From the NCBI RefSeq assembly GCF_050469745.1, contig NZ_CP174123.1, positions 1-64,000 of the forward strand: 64,000 nt of DNA, in the 5' to 3' direction. The position numbers and the translations under genes were made by a program. The notes beneath the pieces were generated by a model. That model did no database searches and was not told the DNA's origin. It saw only the letters and a list, made by a program, of their open reading frames with translations. This document shows, in pieces, positions 1 through 13,195 of this stretch (positions are counted from its first letter, which is position 1; each line of letters starts with the position of its first letter). Source of the stretch: Providencia lanzhouensis. Its GTDB lineage: Bacteria; Pseudomonadota; Gammaproteobacteria; Enterobacterales; Enterobacteriaceae.

Positions 1-1392
1 GTGTCACTTTCGCTTTGGCAGCAATGTCTTGCCCGATTGCAGGATGAACTACCTGCCACAGAATTCAGTATGTGGATACGCCCTCTTCAAGCTGAATTAA
101 ACGATAATACACTGGCACTGTATGCCCCGAATCGTTTCGTCCTTGATTGGGTGAGAGATAAGTACATCAATAATATCAATGAATTATTGAATGACTTTTG
201 CGGTTCTGATGCCCCTGCTCTACACTTTGAAGTAGGCAATAAACCGATGACCATCGCGCCGGTGAGCCCTCAAGTACGCACTAATAATGAAATGCCTGCG
301 TTCGCCGCACCATCTGCACCAGTAAAGCCAAGTTGGGACAACTCAGCTAAAGTTCAACCAGACGTGTCATACCGTTCAAATGTGAACCCAAAACACACGT
401 TTGATAACTTCGTTGAAGGTAAATCAAACCAACTGGCTCGCGCGGCAGCGAGGCAAGTTGCTGAAAACCCTGGCGGCGCTTATAACCCACTGTTCCTTTA
501 TGGTGGAACAGGTTTAGGTAAAACGCACTTATTACACGCCGTGGGTAATAGCATAATGCAGCACAAGGCCAACGCTCGCGTGGTCTATATGCATTCTGAA
601 CGATTTGTACAAGATATGGTCAAAGCATTGCAGAATAACGCCATTGAAGAATTCAAGCGCTATTACCGTTCTGTCGATGCCTTGCTGATTGATGATATTC
701 AATTTTTTGCTAACAAAGAGCGTTCACAAGAAGAGTTTTTCCATACATTCAACGCCCTGCTTGAAGGCAATCAACAAATTATTTTGACCTCCGACCGTTA
801 TCCTAAAGAGATTAACGGCGTAGAAGATAGATTAAAGTCCCGTTTCGGCTGGGGTTTAACCGTTGCGATTGAACCACCTGAGTTAGAAACCCGTGTGGCT
901 ATTTTGATGAAAAAAGCCGATGAAAACGAAATCCAACTGCCCGGTGAAGTGGCATTTTTCATCGCAAAACGCTTACGTTCTAATGTGCGTGAGTTAGAAG
1001 GTGCATTAAACCGCGTTATTGCTAACGCGAATTTTACCGGTCGCGCTATCACTATCGATTTTGTTCGAGAAGCATTACGTGACCTATTAGCACTGCAAGA
1101 AAAGCTGGTAACTATTGATAATATTCAGAAAACTGTTGCTGAGTACTATAAAATCAAAGTCGCTGATTTACTTTCTAAACGTCGTTCTCGTTCTGTCGCT
1201 CGTCCGCGTCAGATGGCAATGGCACTGGCGAAAGAGCTGACAAACCATAGTTTACCTGAAATCGGGGATGCTTTTGGCGGTCGTGACCACACTACAGTGT
1301 TGCACGCTTGTCGTAAAATTGAACAATTACGAGAAGAAAGCCATGACATCAAAGAAGATTTTTCAAATCTAATCAGAACATTATCATCTTAA
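1..1392 (+). CDS. dnaA: Chromosomal replication initiator DnaA (GTG start at window position 1)
   Basis: The 463-aa ORF matches E. coli DnaA closely as recalled, from N-terminus ([33 protein letters not shown]...) through the AAA+ Walker A ([11 protein letters not shown]) to the C-terminal DNA-binding domain. dnaN follows immediately. Confidence 0.97.
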   Translation: MSLSLWQQCLARLQDELPATEFSMWIRPLQAELNDNTLALYAPNRFVLDWVRDKYINNINELLNDFCGSDAPALHFEVGNKPMTIAPVSPQVRTNNEMPAFAAPSAPVKPSWDNSAKVQPDVSYRSNVNPKHTFDNFVEGKSNQLARAAARQVAENPGGAYNPLFLYGGTGLGKTHLLHAVGNSIMQHKANARVVYMHSERFVQDMVKALQNNAIEEFKRYYRSVDALLIDDIQFFANKERSQEEFFHTFNALLEGNQQIILTSDRYPKEINGVEDRLKSRFGWGLTVAIEPPELETRVAILMKKADENEIQLPGEVAFFIAKRLRSNVRELEGALNRVIANANFTGRAITIDFVREALRDLLALQEKLVTIDNIQKTVAEYYKIKVADLLSKRRSRSVARPRQMAMALAKELTNHSLPEIGDAFGGRDHTTVLHACRKIEQLREESHDIKEDFSNLIRTLSS

Positions 1393-1397
1393 TTGCT

Positions 1398-2498
1398 ATG
1401 AAATTTATTATAGAACGCGAGCAGTTATTAAAACCGTTACAACAGGTTAGTGGCCCTTTAGGTGGACGTCCAACGTTGCCTATTTTAGGAAACCTTTTAC
1501 TTCACGTAAAAGAAGGTGCCCTGCAACTGACGGGAACCGACCTAGAAATGGAGATGATGGCCAATGTTCCGCTCACTCGTGAGCATGAAATTGGTGCCAC
1601 CACGGTGCCTGCGCGCAAGTTTTTTGATATTTGGCGTGGTTTACCGGAAGGTTCTGAAATCCAAGTCGAGCTTAATGATGACCGACTGCTTGTGCGTTCT
1701 GGACGCAGCCGTTTCTCATTATCCACTTTACCTGCTGCTGACTTCCCGAACTTAGATGACTGGCAAAGCGAAGTCGAATTCTCTCTGCCTCAATCCATAC
1801 TGAAACGTTTAATTGAAGCGACCCAGTTTTCAATGGCGCACCAAGACGTTCGTTATTACCTGAACGGCATGCTGTTTGAAACAGAAGGGCAAATGCTGAG
1901 AACTGTCTCCACAGACGGTCACCGCCTTGCAGTTTGCTCAATGGATATTGGTCAAGAATTGCCATCCCATTCTGTGATAGTACCTCGCAAAGGTGTCATG
2001 GAACTGATGCGCCTACTCGATGGTGGCGATGCGTTATTGCAGCTACAAATTGGTAGCAACAATATTCGTGCTCATGTTGGCGACTTTATCTTTACCTCTA
2101 AACTCGTTGACGGTCGCTTCCCTGACTACCGCCGCGTTCTGCCAAAAAATCCAGATAAAACCTTAGAAGCTCGCTGTGATTTGCTCAAACAAGCTTTCTC
2201 ACGCGCAGCGATTTTATCTAACGAAAAATTCCGTGGCGTACGCTTATTCTTCAGTGAAAACCAATTACGCATCACGGCGAATAACCCTGAGCAGGAAGAA
2301 GCGGAAGAGATTGTTGATGTGAATTACCAAGGTGGTGAGATGGAAATTGGCTTTAACGTCAGTTACATCCTCGACGTCTTGAACGCGCTGAAAAGCGAAA
2401 ATGTCACCCTGTTTTTAACGGATGCCGTTTCTAGCGTACAAATTGAAGATTCAGCAAGCCGCTCTGCGGTCTATGTTGTTATGCCAATGCGTTTGTAA
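1398..2498 (+). CDS. dnaN: DNA polymerase III beta sliding clamp
   Basis: 366 aa starting MKFIIEREQLLKPLQQVSGPL, the typical DnaN N-terminus. It sits 5 bp after dnaA, in the conserved dnaA-dnaN-recF-gyrB order. Confidence 0.97.
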   Translation: MKFIIEREQLLKPLQQVSGPLGGRPTLPILGNLLLHVKEGALQLTGTDLEMEMMANVPLTREHEIGATTVPARKFFDIWRGLPEGSEIQVELNDDRLLVRSGRSRFSLSTLPAADFPNLDDWQSEVEFSLPQSILKRLIEATQFSMAHQDVRYYLNGMLFETEGQMLRTVSTDGHRLAVCSMDIGQELPSHSVIVPRKGVMELMRLLDGGDALLQLQIGSNNIRAHVGDFIFTSKLVDGRFPDYRRVLPKNPDKTLEARCDLLKQAFSRAAILSNEKFRGVRLFFSENQLRITANNPEQEEAEEIVDVNYQGGEMEIGFNVSYILDVLNALKSENVTLFLTDAVSSVQIEDSASRSAVYVVMPMRL

Positions 2499-2507
2499 TC
2501 AGTCCGT

Positions 2508-3602
2508 ATGATCCTTTCGCGTTTATTGATCCGCGATTTTCGTAATATAGAAGACGCCGATCTCTCCCTTGCAACTGGGTTCAATTTTTTAATTGGACCT
2601 AATGGGAGTGGCAAAACCAGTGTACTGGAAGCAATTTATACACTTGGTCATGGACGAGCCTTTCGCAGCATTCAGGCGAATAGAGTTATCCGTCATGACC
2701 AAGAACAATTTATTTTACATGGTAAACTGGGACACTCAGACACCGAACGTAAAACATTGTCGCTGGGTTTGAGTAAAAACCGCGAAGGCGACAGCAAAGT
2801 CCGAATTGATGGCACCGACGGGCATAAAATTGCGGAACTCGCAAAGTTATTGCCAATGCAGCTCATTACCCCTGAAGGGTTTAACTTGCTGAATGGCGGT
2901 CCAAAATATCGACGTGCGTTTATCGATTGGGGATGCTTTCATAATGAAGCCCTCTTTTTTTCAACGTGGTCGGACTTAAAACGTTTGTTAAAGCAGCGGA
3001 ATGCGGCTTTACGACAAGTGACTCGTTATGAGCAAATTCGCCATTGGGATCAGCAACTCGCCCCAATTTCCGAACAAATTAGCCAATGGCGCGGCGAGTA
3101 TATTGCAGGTATCGCAGAAAATATTGAGCAAACCTGCAAACAATTTTTACCCGAATTTTCACTCTCAGTCTCTTTCCAGCGTGGTTGGGACAAAGAAATT
3201 GATTATTCAGAACAGTTAGAGCGGCAGTTTGAGCGCGATAGAGCGTTAACCTACACCGCATCGGGGCCACATAAAGCTGACCTGCGAATTCGAGCCAATG
3301 GCATTCCCGTTGAAGATATGCTCTCTCGCGGTCAACTGAAATTATTAATGTGTGCACTCAGGTTAGCGCAGGGTGAATATTTCACCCAACAGAGCGGGCA
3401 ACAATGCCTGTATCTACTGGATGATTTTGCTTCAGAACTTGATTCTGGTCGCCGGCAATTATTAGCGGCTCGACTCAAAGCTACGCAAGCACAAGTGTTT
3501 GTAAGTGCTATTACACCGGCGCAAGTCAATGATATGATTGATGCCAACAGTAAGATGTTTAGTGTAGAGCAAGGCAAAATAGAAGTTCAACCTCAGGAAT
3601 AG
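2508..3602 (+). CDS. recF: DNA replication/repair protein RecF
   Basis: 364 aa starting [19 protein letters not shown], with Walker [10 protein letters not shown] and a C-terminal ABC/SMC-type signature. Confidence 0.95.
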   Translation: MILSRLLIRDFRNIEDADLSLATGFNFLIGPNGSGKTSVLEAIYTLGHGRAFRSIQANRVIRHDQEQFILHGKLGHSDTERKTLSLGLSKNREGDSKVRIDGTDGHKIAELAKLLPMQLITPEGFNLLNGGPKYRRAFIDWGCFHNEALFFSTWSDLKRLLKQRNAALRQVTRYEQIRHWDQQLAPISEQISQWRGEYIAGIAENIEQTCKQFLPEFSLSVSFQRGWDKEIDYSEQLERQFERDRALTYTASGPHKADLRIRANGIPVEDMLSRGQLKLLMCALRLAQGEYFTQQSGQQCLYLLDDFASELDSGRRQLLAARLKATQAQVFVSAITPAQVNDMIDANSKMFSVEQGKIEVQPQE

Positions 3603-6035
<2,433 letters not shown>

Positions 6036-6061
6036 TCGATTTTCCAGAGAAGTTATTAAAT

Positions 6062-6093
6062 AACCCTATACTTCGGTATGGGGTTATTTTTTT
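6062..6093 (+). terminator. Rho-independent terminator after gyrB
   Basis: Stem aaccctatac / gtatggggtt with a ttcg loop, followed by a T-run (tttttttat), 27 bp after the gyrB stop. Confidence 0.6.
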
Positions 6094-6293
6094 ATTTAAT
6101 TTTAATCTTAAGCATCTATTTATTATTAATTCCAATTCAAATTTAATTAAATAAAATGACTAATTGAATTTCATTAATAGAATGAAGAATAAAAATAAAG
6201 TTTGTCTCATTTGATTTTTAATTTATAGAAAATAAAAATTACCGCATTAAGATGAAATAGATTTTACCCTCTCTAAAAATCTATAGGTCTATA

Positions 6294-9281
6294 ATGAACA
6301 AAATAACTCCTGCTGTATCGTTCAGTTTATTTGCTCTATTTAACACCCAGATTACCTTTGCAAACTCAGATTATATCGATGCCAGTAAATTCATCATTGA
6401 TCAGCGAAATCAGCGATTTGACGAACTAAAAAACCAAATCATCCCGCCGTACCCAGCCCCGCAGTCTCAAGCGGCGCAATGGGATAAAGACGTTAGCCAG
6501 CAAGCAACGCAATTAACAGGAAAGCGCAAAAAGAACGCTGAAAAAGATAAACAAAGCACACCAGAATATCTTTTTAACATTTACCTAGAATACGTATTTA
6601 ATAAAAAAGGGTTTAATTATAATGATTTTAAACAAATTAAAGCCTATAACCGTTTAAATAATTTATTCCATTTAGCCACCTTTGCAGATGACCCAATTCA
6701 AAACCGAGCTCGCTCAATGGATTTTATTCTCAAAGACTATTATTTACGTGGTCGCCCAAATCAAGTTCTCGATGATAAAGGCGAATATCTCCTAAACTAT
6801 GTCGATATTACAGGCTCTTCTTACCCAAGCGGACATACTTGGAATGGATTTAAACAAGCGGCTGTATTTGCCACAATTTTTCCAGAAAAAGGAGCTCAAT
6901 TTTTTGATAGAGCCATCGGCTACGGGGAAAGCCGTGTGATTGTCGGCGCACATTTCCCAACCGATACCATTGCCTCGCGCGCCGCCAATTATTATCTTCT
7001 CGCCCATTTACTGAAAGAGGATAAAACCGCCAATGCACTGATTAGCCAAGCCAAAGAAGTACGCCAAGAACTGAACACTCAATGCACCATCAATGAAAAA
7101 AAATGCAAACCACCAATAGGCTCACTTCCCTCTTTTAATGAAAACCTAGGTTATTACGCTAAGCAAAGTGAGCAGCCATCTCAGGCACTTCGCGTTGATC
7201 AAGTCCCTGCTGACGCCGCGTATTTGCTACGCTCTCGCTTTGCCTATCTTAATAAATCTCAATGGCAGCAAATTATTGCAGGCACCGCCTATCCCACTAA
7301 CTCTTTAGCGGGCTGGGAAGCTAAACAAAATCAACCCGAAAGCCACTGGGGGCTGATTAACTTACCGAAAGCCTATAAAGGGCCTACGCATTTCGCTGAA
7401 GATTGGGTCGTCAATCAACGGGTAACTCAAGACGACGTTGCAAACGTCGGCATTACCGATATTTGGAGTAATAACATCGATGGCAAAGGGCGGTTAATCA
7501 AACAAGGGGAAGGCTCATTAACCTTAGCTGGAATTAACCATTTTGCAGGGCTTGAAATACAGCAAGGCCGTGTGGTTTTAGTACAAGAAAACCACTTAAC
7601 AGGCCCCGTCAATGTCAAGGGTGGAAAGCTTGAGGTCAAAGACATCCTACATGCGCCAGTCAACGTCACCAATGGCACATTACAGCTCACTCACAGCATT
7701 AAAAATACAGTGACATTAAACCAAGGAGCCCAATTTATAGCTTCTGGCTTGGTTGATGACTTAGTGGTTAATAGCGGTGCTATCTTAACCCCTGGAGATA
7801 ATCTTAAAGACCCAACACGGCGTATGACGGTGAATAATACTGCTACCTTCCAACCCGGCAGTGCATTCCATGTGAGTCTTCAAACAACACACACACAGGA
7901 ATTTGATGCCCTACATGCTGGCGGTACTGTGACTATTAACGGCGGTAAGGTCAAAGTGTTCTTCGCTGAAGAATCACCGCCATTCAATGAACGTATACCA
8001 AATGAAGATGAAATTCAGGGGCGATTTCGAACCGAATACAACATTATTCGCGCCCCCAATATCCAAGGGAAATTTGATAGCATCGAACCTAACTACCTGT
8101 TTATTGGTACTACATTGAATTATGGTACTGATCCTCGCTCCCCCTCGATGAAACTGGTTACACTCAATGTCGGTCGTAGTGAGCTGGCTTTTGATTCATT
8201 TGCAAAAACGCCAAACCAAACCGCCATCGCTCACGTCCTTGAAGATCTTCCATTGAATAACACCCTGTATAAACGCTTAATTCTCAGCAAAACCACAGCA
8301 GGGGTTTACGACCTTCTTCACACTCTATCCCCACAAATTCATATCGATACCCTAGCTAGCCAATTGAATAACCATCGCCAATATCACGGTACGCTGCTGC
8401 AACAAACTCGCGTATCGGAAAACATCGTCAAAGAGCGTGGAGATAACCGTGGCAATGTGTGGGTAAATATTCCCTACCATTGGGACAGAACCCAAAGCGA
8501 TGGAAATGCTTCCGGCTTTACAAACAGCAATTATGGCGTGTTCTTAGGGACTGATAAGCATTTCTTCAATGATGACGTTATCTTTGGAATGAGCACCGGT
8601 TTTACCAAAAATTCCGTCTCTGGCGGAGTTGGTCATAGCCATAGTAACAACTATTATTTAGCCGCTTACGGTTCCCTGCAATTGGCACCAATCACCTTAC
8701 GCGCAGGGCTTGGACACACATGGCACACCATCAAGACCGATAGAACAGTCACTTCATCCATTTATTCCGATCACAATACCGCCGACTACAAAGGCAAAAC
8801 CAACCACCTGTTTATAGAAGCGACTTATCCGTGGAAATCGGCATTCATCAACGCCGAACCGTTTGCAAACTTTGCCTTTACCAATGCCGAAAGCCATGGA
8901 TTTAAAGAAAAAGGGGAAAAAACCTCGCTGGTGACAGGTCGCCAATCCCTCGATGCCACGACCACAACGCTGGGATTACGTTTAGATAACCAATGGAAAG
9001 TGGGCAATACATCCTCAATCGATGTACACGGGGAATTCGGCTGGCAGCATCAATATGATAAGCGGGAGCGTGAAATGGCTTTCCGATTCGCCCACCGAGA
9101 CCAGCTTGCACCACCGCTAAACTATCGCGGGATTAATGCGCCGAAAGATGGCATGGCTATCAAACTGGGCTCCAGCCTTCAGCTGACAGACAATTTCAAA
9201 CTGTCCATGGATTACAGCCAATTTACTGCTAAGGGATATTTAGAAAATAATCTTGATGCCAAATTGTTAGTGTCGTTTTAA
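6294..9281 (+). CDS. Autotransporter with N-terminal class A acid phosphatase (PAP2) passenger domain
   Basis: 995 aa with a signal peptide (MNKITPAVSFSLFALFNTQITFA|NS). All three class-A NSAP motifs are intact: KDYYLRGRP (KX6RP), PSGHT (PSGH) and SRVIVGAHFPTD (SRX5HX3D). A beta-helix-like repeat region (GGKLEVKD..., NGTLQLTH...) follows, then a C-terminal beta-barrel ending ...KLLVSF. The upstream intergenic region is very AT-rich. Confidence 0.85.
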   Translation: MNKITPAVSFSLFALFNTQITFANSDYIDASKFIIDQRNQRFDELKNQIIPPYPAPQSQAAQWDKDVSQQATQLTGKRKKNAEKDKQSTPEYLFNIYLEYVFNKKGFNYNDFKQIKAYNRLNNLFHLATFADDPIQNRARSMDFILKDYYLRGRPNQVLDDKGEYLLNYVDITGSSYPSGHTWNGFKQAAVFATIFPEKGAQFFDRAIGYGESRVIVGAHFPTDTIASRAANYYLLAHLLKEDKTANALISQAKEVRQELNTQCTINEKKCKPPIGSLPSFNENLGYYAKQSEQPSQALRVDQVPADAAYLLRSRFAYLNKSQWQQIIAGTAYPTNSLAGWEAKQNQPESHWGLINLPKAYKGPTHFAEDWVVNQRVTQDDVANVGITDIWSNNIDGKGRLIKQGEGSLTLAGINHFAGLEIQQGRVVLVQENHLTGPVNVKGGKLEVKDILHAPVNVTNGTLQLTHSIKNTVTLNQGAQFIASGLVDDLVVNSGAILTPGDNLKDPTRRMTVNNTATFQPGSAFHVSLQTTHTQEFDALHAGGTVTINGGKVKVFFAEESPPFNERIPNEDEIQGRFRTEYNIIRAPNIQGKFDSIEPNYLFIGTTLNYGTDPRSPSMKLVTLNVGRSELAFDSFAKTPNQTAIAHVLEDLPLNNTLYKRLILSKTTAGVYDLLHTLSPQIHIDTLASQLNNHRQYHGTLLQQTRVSENIVKERGDNRGNVWVNIPYHWDRTQSDGNASGFTNSNYGVFLGTDKHFFNDDVIFGMSTGFTKNSVSGGVGHSHSNNYYLAAYGSLQLAPITLRAGLGHTWHTIKTDRTVTSSIYSDHNTADYKGKTNHLFIEATYPWKSAFINAEPFANFAFTNAESHGFKEKGEKTSLVTGRQSLDATTTTLGLRLDNQWKVGNTSSIDVHGEFGWQHQYDKREREMAFRFAHRDQLAPPLNYRGINAPKDGMAIKLGSSLQLTDNFKLSMDYSQFTAKGYLENNLDAKLLVSF

Positions 9282-9310
9282 TCCATCAACACCACAAACA
9301 TTAACATAAT

Positions 9311-9358
9311 AAAAAATGGCACTGGAGCGTTTAATCACTCCAGTGCCATTCCTATTTT
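9311..9358. terminator. Bidirectional intrinsic terminator between the autotransporter (+) and asd (-)
   Basis: 13-bp stem aatggcactggag / ctccagtgccatt, flanked by an A-run on one side and a T-run on the other. Confidence 0.7.
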
Positions 9359-9378
9359 AGTTCGTTAAGAGAAGCGAA

Positions 9379-10485
9379 CTACAGCAGAATTCTCAACATA
9401 CGGCGCAGAGGCTCCGCAGCCCCCCACAGTAACTGATCGCCCACGGTAAACGCAGACAGATACTCAGGTCCCATGTTTAACTTACGCAGACGCCCTACTG
9501 GTGTGCTCAGAGTCCCCGTCACTGCCGCAGGAGTCAGTTCACGCATTGTAATTTCACGGTCATTCGGCACCACTTTCACCCACTCATTATGGGAAGCCAG
9601 CAGTTGCTCCACTTCATTCAGTGGCACATCTTTTTTCAGTTTCAGCGTGAATGCTTGGCTATGGCAGCGTAATGCGCCCACACGAACACATAAACCATCA
9701 ACCGGAATAATATTGCTGCCCGTTGCCAGAATTTTGTTGGTTTCTGCCTGCCCTTTCCACTCTTCGCGGCTTTGACCGTTTTCTAACGCTTTATCAATCC
9801 ACGGGATCAAACTGCCCGCTAGCGGAACACCGAACGCATCCGTTGGCATGGAACCACTGCGCGTAAAGTCTGTGACTTTTTTCTCGATTTCTAAGATGGC
9901 CGATGCCGGATTTTGCAGCTCTTTCGCCACTTGCGCGTGTAAAGAACCCATTTGTGACAACAGCTCACGCATATTGCGTGCACCCGCACCGGATGCCGCT
10001 TGATATGTAGCCACGGAAGCCCACTCAACCAAGTTATTCGCAAACAGACCGCCCAACGACATCAGCATTAAACTCACCGTACAGTTACCGCCGACGAAGG
10101 TCTTAATGCCTTTATTTAAGCCGTCTTGGATATGCTGATGGTTCACTGGGTCTAAAATAATAATCGCATCGTCTTTCATACGCAGTGCAGACGCGGCATC
10201 AATCCAGTAACCTTTCCAGCCCGCTTCACGTAATTTTGGATACACTTCATTGGTATAATCGCCGCCTTGGCAGCTAATAATAATATCCAGTGCGCTCAGT
10301 GCATCGATATCAAATGCATCTTGCAACGTGCTGCGATGACCACCAAAAACAGGCGCCTCAGCCCCATGCTGGGAGGTGGTAAAAAAGACCGGGTGAATAA
10401 CGTTAAAATCCCCTTCTTCTACCATTCTTTGCATCAATACGGAGCCGACCATTCCGCGCCAGCCAATAAACCCTACATTTTTCAT
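9379..10485 (-). CDS. asd: Aspartate-semialdehyde dehydrogenase
   Basis: Matches E. coli Asd along its length as recalled ([24 protein letters not shown]...LRRMLRILL). The ORF track starts 3 codons earlier (MKRM...); I placed the start at the Met equivalent to the E. coli start. Confidence 0.93.
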   Translation of the reverse strand: MKNVGFIGWRGMVGSVLMQRMVEEGDFNVIHPVFFTTSQHGAEAPVFGGHRSTLQDAFDIDALSALDIIISCQGGDYTNEVYPKLREAGWKGYWIDAASALRMKDDAIIILDPVNHQHIQDGLNKGIKTFVGGNCTVSLMLMSLGGLFANNLVEWASVATYQAASGAGARNMRELLSQMGSLHAQVAKELQNPASAILEIEKKVTDFTRSGSMPTDAFGVPLAGSLIPWIDKALENGQSREEWKGQAETNKILATGSNIIPVDGLCVRVGALRCHSQAFTLKLKKDVPLNEVEQLLASHNEWVKVVPNDREITMRELTPAAVTGTLSTPVGRLRKLNMGPEYLSAFTVGDQLLWGAAEPLRRMLRILL

Positions 10486-10712
10486 TCTCTTCACCCTGTC
10501 TGTTTACATACATCACCCAAAAAATTTCTATCCTCGACTTTCACTTTGCCAATCGAAGCTGGAAATTTTTCGGAAAGATAAAATTCAGAAATCATCAATC
10601 AACCGTATTAAACGTGACAAAATATGAACCAGTGTGCAAGTGAATTTCATCACTAATAGCAAGAAGATTAGTAATGACGCTAATAATTAGTAAAAACTTA
10701 TTGGTTGATAAT

Positions 10713-10740
10713 TTCCATTTTGGAAAATACTATTTTCCAA
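10713..10740. promoter_or_regulatory. Overlapping perfect palindromes upstream of mdtL (putative operator)
   Basis: tttccattttggaaa (tttcca-ttt-tggaaa) overlaps ttggaaaata-c-tattttccaa, which has 10-bp perfect arms. It lies ~70 bp upstream of the mdtL start. Confidence 0.35.
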
Positions 10741-10810
10741 TTAATCCATACATTCCATCATTCAACCCCATTAAGATTAGCGAGTTAATCCTCACAAAGT
10801 AGCGTATCTC

Positions 10811-11995
10811 ATGACCAAATATGTCCTTTTCAGTTTCTGGATCGTCCTTATCTATCCTTTGGGCGTTGACCTCCATTTAACCGGTATTCCTTATATTGCC
10901 GCCGATTTAAATGCCAATGAAAGCCAGCTCCATGTGGCATTTTCTATCTATTTAGCGGGTATGGCATCCACCATGTTAATTGCCGGATGGTGTGCCGATC
11001 ATATTGGTCGAAAACCTGTCGTTTTAGTCGGTACGATGGTATTTGCCATCGCCTCTGTGATCGCCGGAAATGCCACCTCCATTGATACCTTCTTAGTATC
11101 GCGATTCTTTCAAGGGATTGGCGCAGGTTTCTGTTATGTCGTAACCTTCGCTATTTTGCGTGATGTACTGACACCGCAGCGCCGCACCAAAGTACTCGCC
11201 GCAATGAATGGTGTGACCTGCATCGCGCCCGTGTTAGCGCCTGTCATTGGATTTGCCATTTTGCTGATTCACCATTGGTCGGTGATGTTCTACTTTATGG
11301 CGGGTTATGCGGTTATCAGTATGCTATTTTGCTTAATCTCAATTAAAGAAACTAAGCCTTCTTCAGCATCACCAGCTATGCAATCGAATGCCCAACCAGT
11401 CACAGAAGAAAAGCTATTTAGCACCTTCTTTGTCACGCGCTTGATTATTTCCTGCTTCGGCATGGGCGTGATCCTGACTTACGTGAACGTCGCCCCAATT
11501 ATCTTGATGGAAAACCTCGGTTTCACAACCGGCCAATACTCTACCGCCATGACCTTACTGGCGATGGTGAGTATGGGAACCTCATTCTTGATGCCAAAAC
11601 TGATTTCGACATTTAATAGCCATACCTTGCTCAATACAGCCCTAAGCCTGTTTCTAGTTAATGGCATCCTGCTCTTCATCTATCTGCTGGCTCTCCCACA
11701 TTTGGCGCTGCTGTACATCGTCTTCGCCTTCTGCGGTATTGGTTTCTCAATGCAGTTTGGCATCATTATGAGCCAAGCACTGTCACCATTTGCCCAAAAA
11801 GCGGGTATTGCCAGTTCTGTATTGGCCATCTCACAATTAAGCTGCGCCTCAGCGTATATTTGGGTGATGGGTGTGATGGGCGTTCCATCAATCAGTATGT
11901 TGTTAATTATCTTGCTTGCGGCGGGAATGATTGGCATGGTGTTGCTAAGAGTGCCCACCACGCAAGTCAACCAACAGGTCGCTACATGTGAATAA
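10811..11995 (+). CDS. mdtL: MFS (DHA1) multidrug efflux transporter MdtL-like
   Basis: 394 aa with 12 predicted TMS. Similar to E. coli MdtL as recalled (…GIPYIAADLNANESQLHVAFSIYLAGMA…FFQGIGAGFCYVVTFAILRDVL…). It is followed by a yidZ-like LysR gene, as in E. coli. Confidence 0.8.
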   Translation: MTKYVLFSFWIVLIYPLGVDLHLTGIPYIAADLNANESQLHVAFSIYLAGMASTMLIAGWCADHIGRKPVVLVGTMVFAIASVIAGNATSIDTFLVSRFFQGIGAGFCYVVTFAILRDVLTPQRRTKVLAAMNGVTCIAPVLAPVIGFAILLIHHWSVMFYFMAGYAVISMLFCLISIKETKPSSASPAMQSNAQPVTEEKLFSTFFVTRLIISCFGMGVILTYVNVAPIILMENLGFTTGQYSTAMTLLAMVSMGTSFLMPKLISTFNSHTLLNTALSLFLVNGILLFIYLLALPHLALLYIVFAFCGIGFSMQFGIIMSQALSPFAQKAGIASSVLAISQLSCASAYIWVMGVMGVPSISMLLIILLAAGMIGMVLLRVPTTQVNQQVATCE

Positions 11996-12953
11996 GCAAC
12001 TGCATCGATTAGACTTAAATTTACTGGTTATTCTGCAATATCTGGTGGAAGAGCGCAGTGTTAGCCTCGCAGCTAAACGCCTTGCAATCACCCCATCATC
12101 GGTCAGTAAGTCGTTGTCTAAACTGCGCCAATGGTTTGATGACCCTCTATTTATCCGCAGCCCACAAGGGCTGCTTCCTACCCCACTCATGCTACGCATT
12201 GAAAAATCACTGCCTGAGTTTTTAAATCTCTCACACTATATTGCTGAAATTCGTGATACCGAGAAACCACGAGGCATGACTTTCCGCTTAATGATGGAAG
12301 CACCGTTAAACTTAATCATGCTCCATGATTTATCCCTGAATATCCTCAATCAATATCCAGAATCCGAGGTCATTGTACGAGATTGGGATTATAACTCGTT
12401 GGCAGCACTGATTGCGGGGGATGCCGATATTGGGTTAGTCGGTCGTGAAAGTTTTCATTTATCTAGAGAGTCGATAAGCCAACTACCCGATATTCTAAAT
12501 TTCGAAGTGTTATTCACCGATAAACCTCTGGCGTTTATCCGCAGTGACCACCCCATTTTGCAAGAAGAATGGACGTTGGCAAATTACTTGAAATATCCCC
12601 ATATCAGCACTGAATTTGGCAACCGTATTCCGTGGGCGCTCGATGATTTACTGGAAACCATGGGGTTACATCGCCAAATCCATTTATCCTTTTCGACCTT
12701 TGAACAATCCCTCTTAATGGCTTCTCGCCCCGACCATAACCTTATTACAAGCTCCCCGGGCTATTGCCAACATTATGTTAATGATTTTAACCTTGATTTA
12801 GTCTGCCTTCCTCTTCCTGTTGATGACATTCTCTACCAGCAGCTCGAAATCCCTTTTTTGATGCTGTGGCACAAACGTAATTCCTATAACTCAAAAACCT
12901 TATGGTTAAGAGAGCAGATCAAAAACAGTACGCTTGAGTTTGTAACAATATAA
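11988..12953 (+). CDS. yidZ: LysR-family transcriptional regulator (YidZ-like)
   Basis: 321 aa with an N-terminal LysR HTH (LDLNLLVILQYLVEERSVSLAAKRLAITPSSVSKSLSKLR). It overlaps the mdtL stop by 8 nt, the same pairing as E. coli mdtL-yidZ. Confidence 0.8.
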   Translation: MNKQLHRLDLNLLVILQYLVEERSVSLAAKRLAITPSSVSKSLSKLRQWFDDPLFIRSPQGLLPTPLMLRIEKSLPEFLNLSHYIAEIRDTEKPRGMTFRLMMEAPLNLIMLHDLSLNILNQYPESEVIVRDWDYNSLAALIAGDADIGLVGRESFHLSRESISQLPDILNFEVLFTDKPLAFIRSDHPILQEEWTLANYLKYPHISTEFGNRIPWALDDLLETMGLHRQIHLSFSTFEQSLLMASRPDHNLITSSPGYCQHYVNDFNLDLVCLPLPVDDILYQQLEIPFLMLWHKRNSYNSKTLWLREQIKNSTLEFVTI

Positions 12954-12990
12954 AAAAACGCCATGGCAAGGAGTATGAATTGCCACGGCG
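12952..12990 (-). terminator. Intrinsic terminator of the minus-strand rpmJ2 (ykgO) gene
   Basis: On the minus strand the stem cgccgtggcaa...ttgccatggcg is followed by TTTTTTT (the A-run at 12952..12958 on the + strand), 38 bp after the ykgO stop. Confidence 0.65.
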
Positions 12991-13027
12991 AAAGCAAGGA
13001 TGCGAAGAAACAGAGAATAACGGAATA

Positions 13028-13153
13028 CTAACCTTGAACGGCTTTGAAACGAGGATTGGTTTTACAAATTACGTAGATACGACCACGACGACGCACAACT
13101 TGGCAATCAGGATGGCGCTGCTTAGCGGTTTTTAATGAGCTGAGGACTTTCAC
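13028..13153 (-). CDS. ykgO: Ribosomal protein L36 paralog, non-zinc type (RpmJ2/YkgO), 41 aa, GTG start
   Basis: Not in the ORF track (<60 aa). Minus-strand translation is [41 protein letters not shown], near-identical in pattern to E. coli YkgO ([41 protein letters not shown]...). An SD (gggag) lies 5 nt before the GTG, a Zur box lies upstream and a terminator downstream. Confidence 0.8.
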   Translation of the reverse strand: MKVLSSLKTAKQRHPDCQVVRRRGRIYVICKTNPRFKAVQG

Positions 13154-13195
13154 GGTAACTCCCAATAACTATTTAATGTAAATAAAATACAATGT

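Noticed and set aside
798-1052. Antisense ORFs inside dnaA, dnaN, gyrB, the autotransporter, flotillin and atp genes (e.g. 798..1052, 1502..1726, 3731..4463, 16330..17104, 58475..59188)
   Set aside because: They lie entirely within, and antisense or out of frame to, strongly supported conserved genes. They have no RBS and have biased artefactual composition (Ser/Arg/Cys-rich). I treat them as spurious.
9473-10581. ORFs 9473..9775 and 10267..10581 on the + strand
   Set aside because: They are antisense within asd, or run into the asd promoter region, without an RBS. They are spurious.
12959-12990. Hairpin immediately after yidZ as a +-strand terminator
   Set aside because: The U-run is on the minus-strand side (A-run precedes the stem on +). 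It is therefore better explained as the terminator of minus-strand ykgO.
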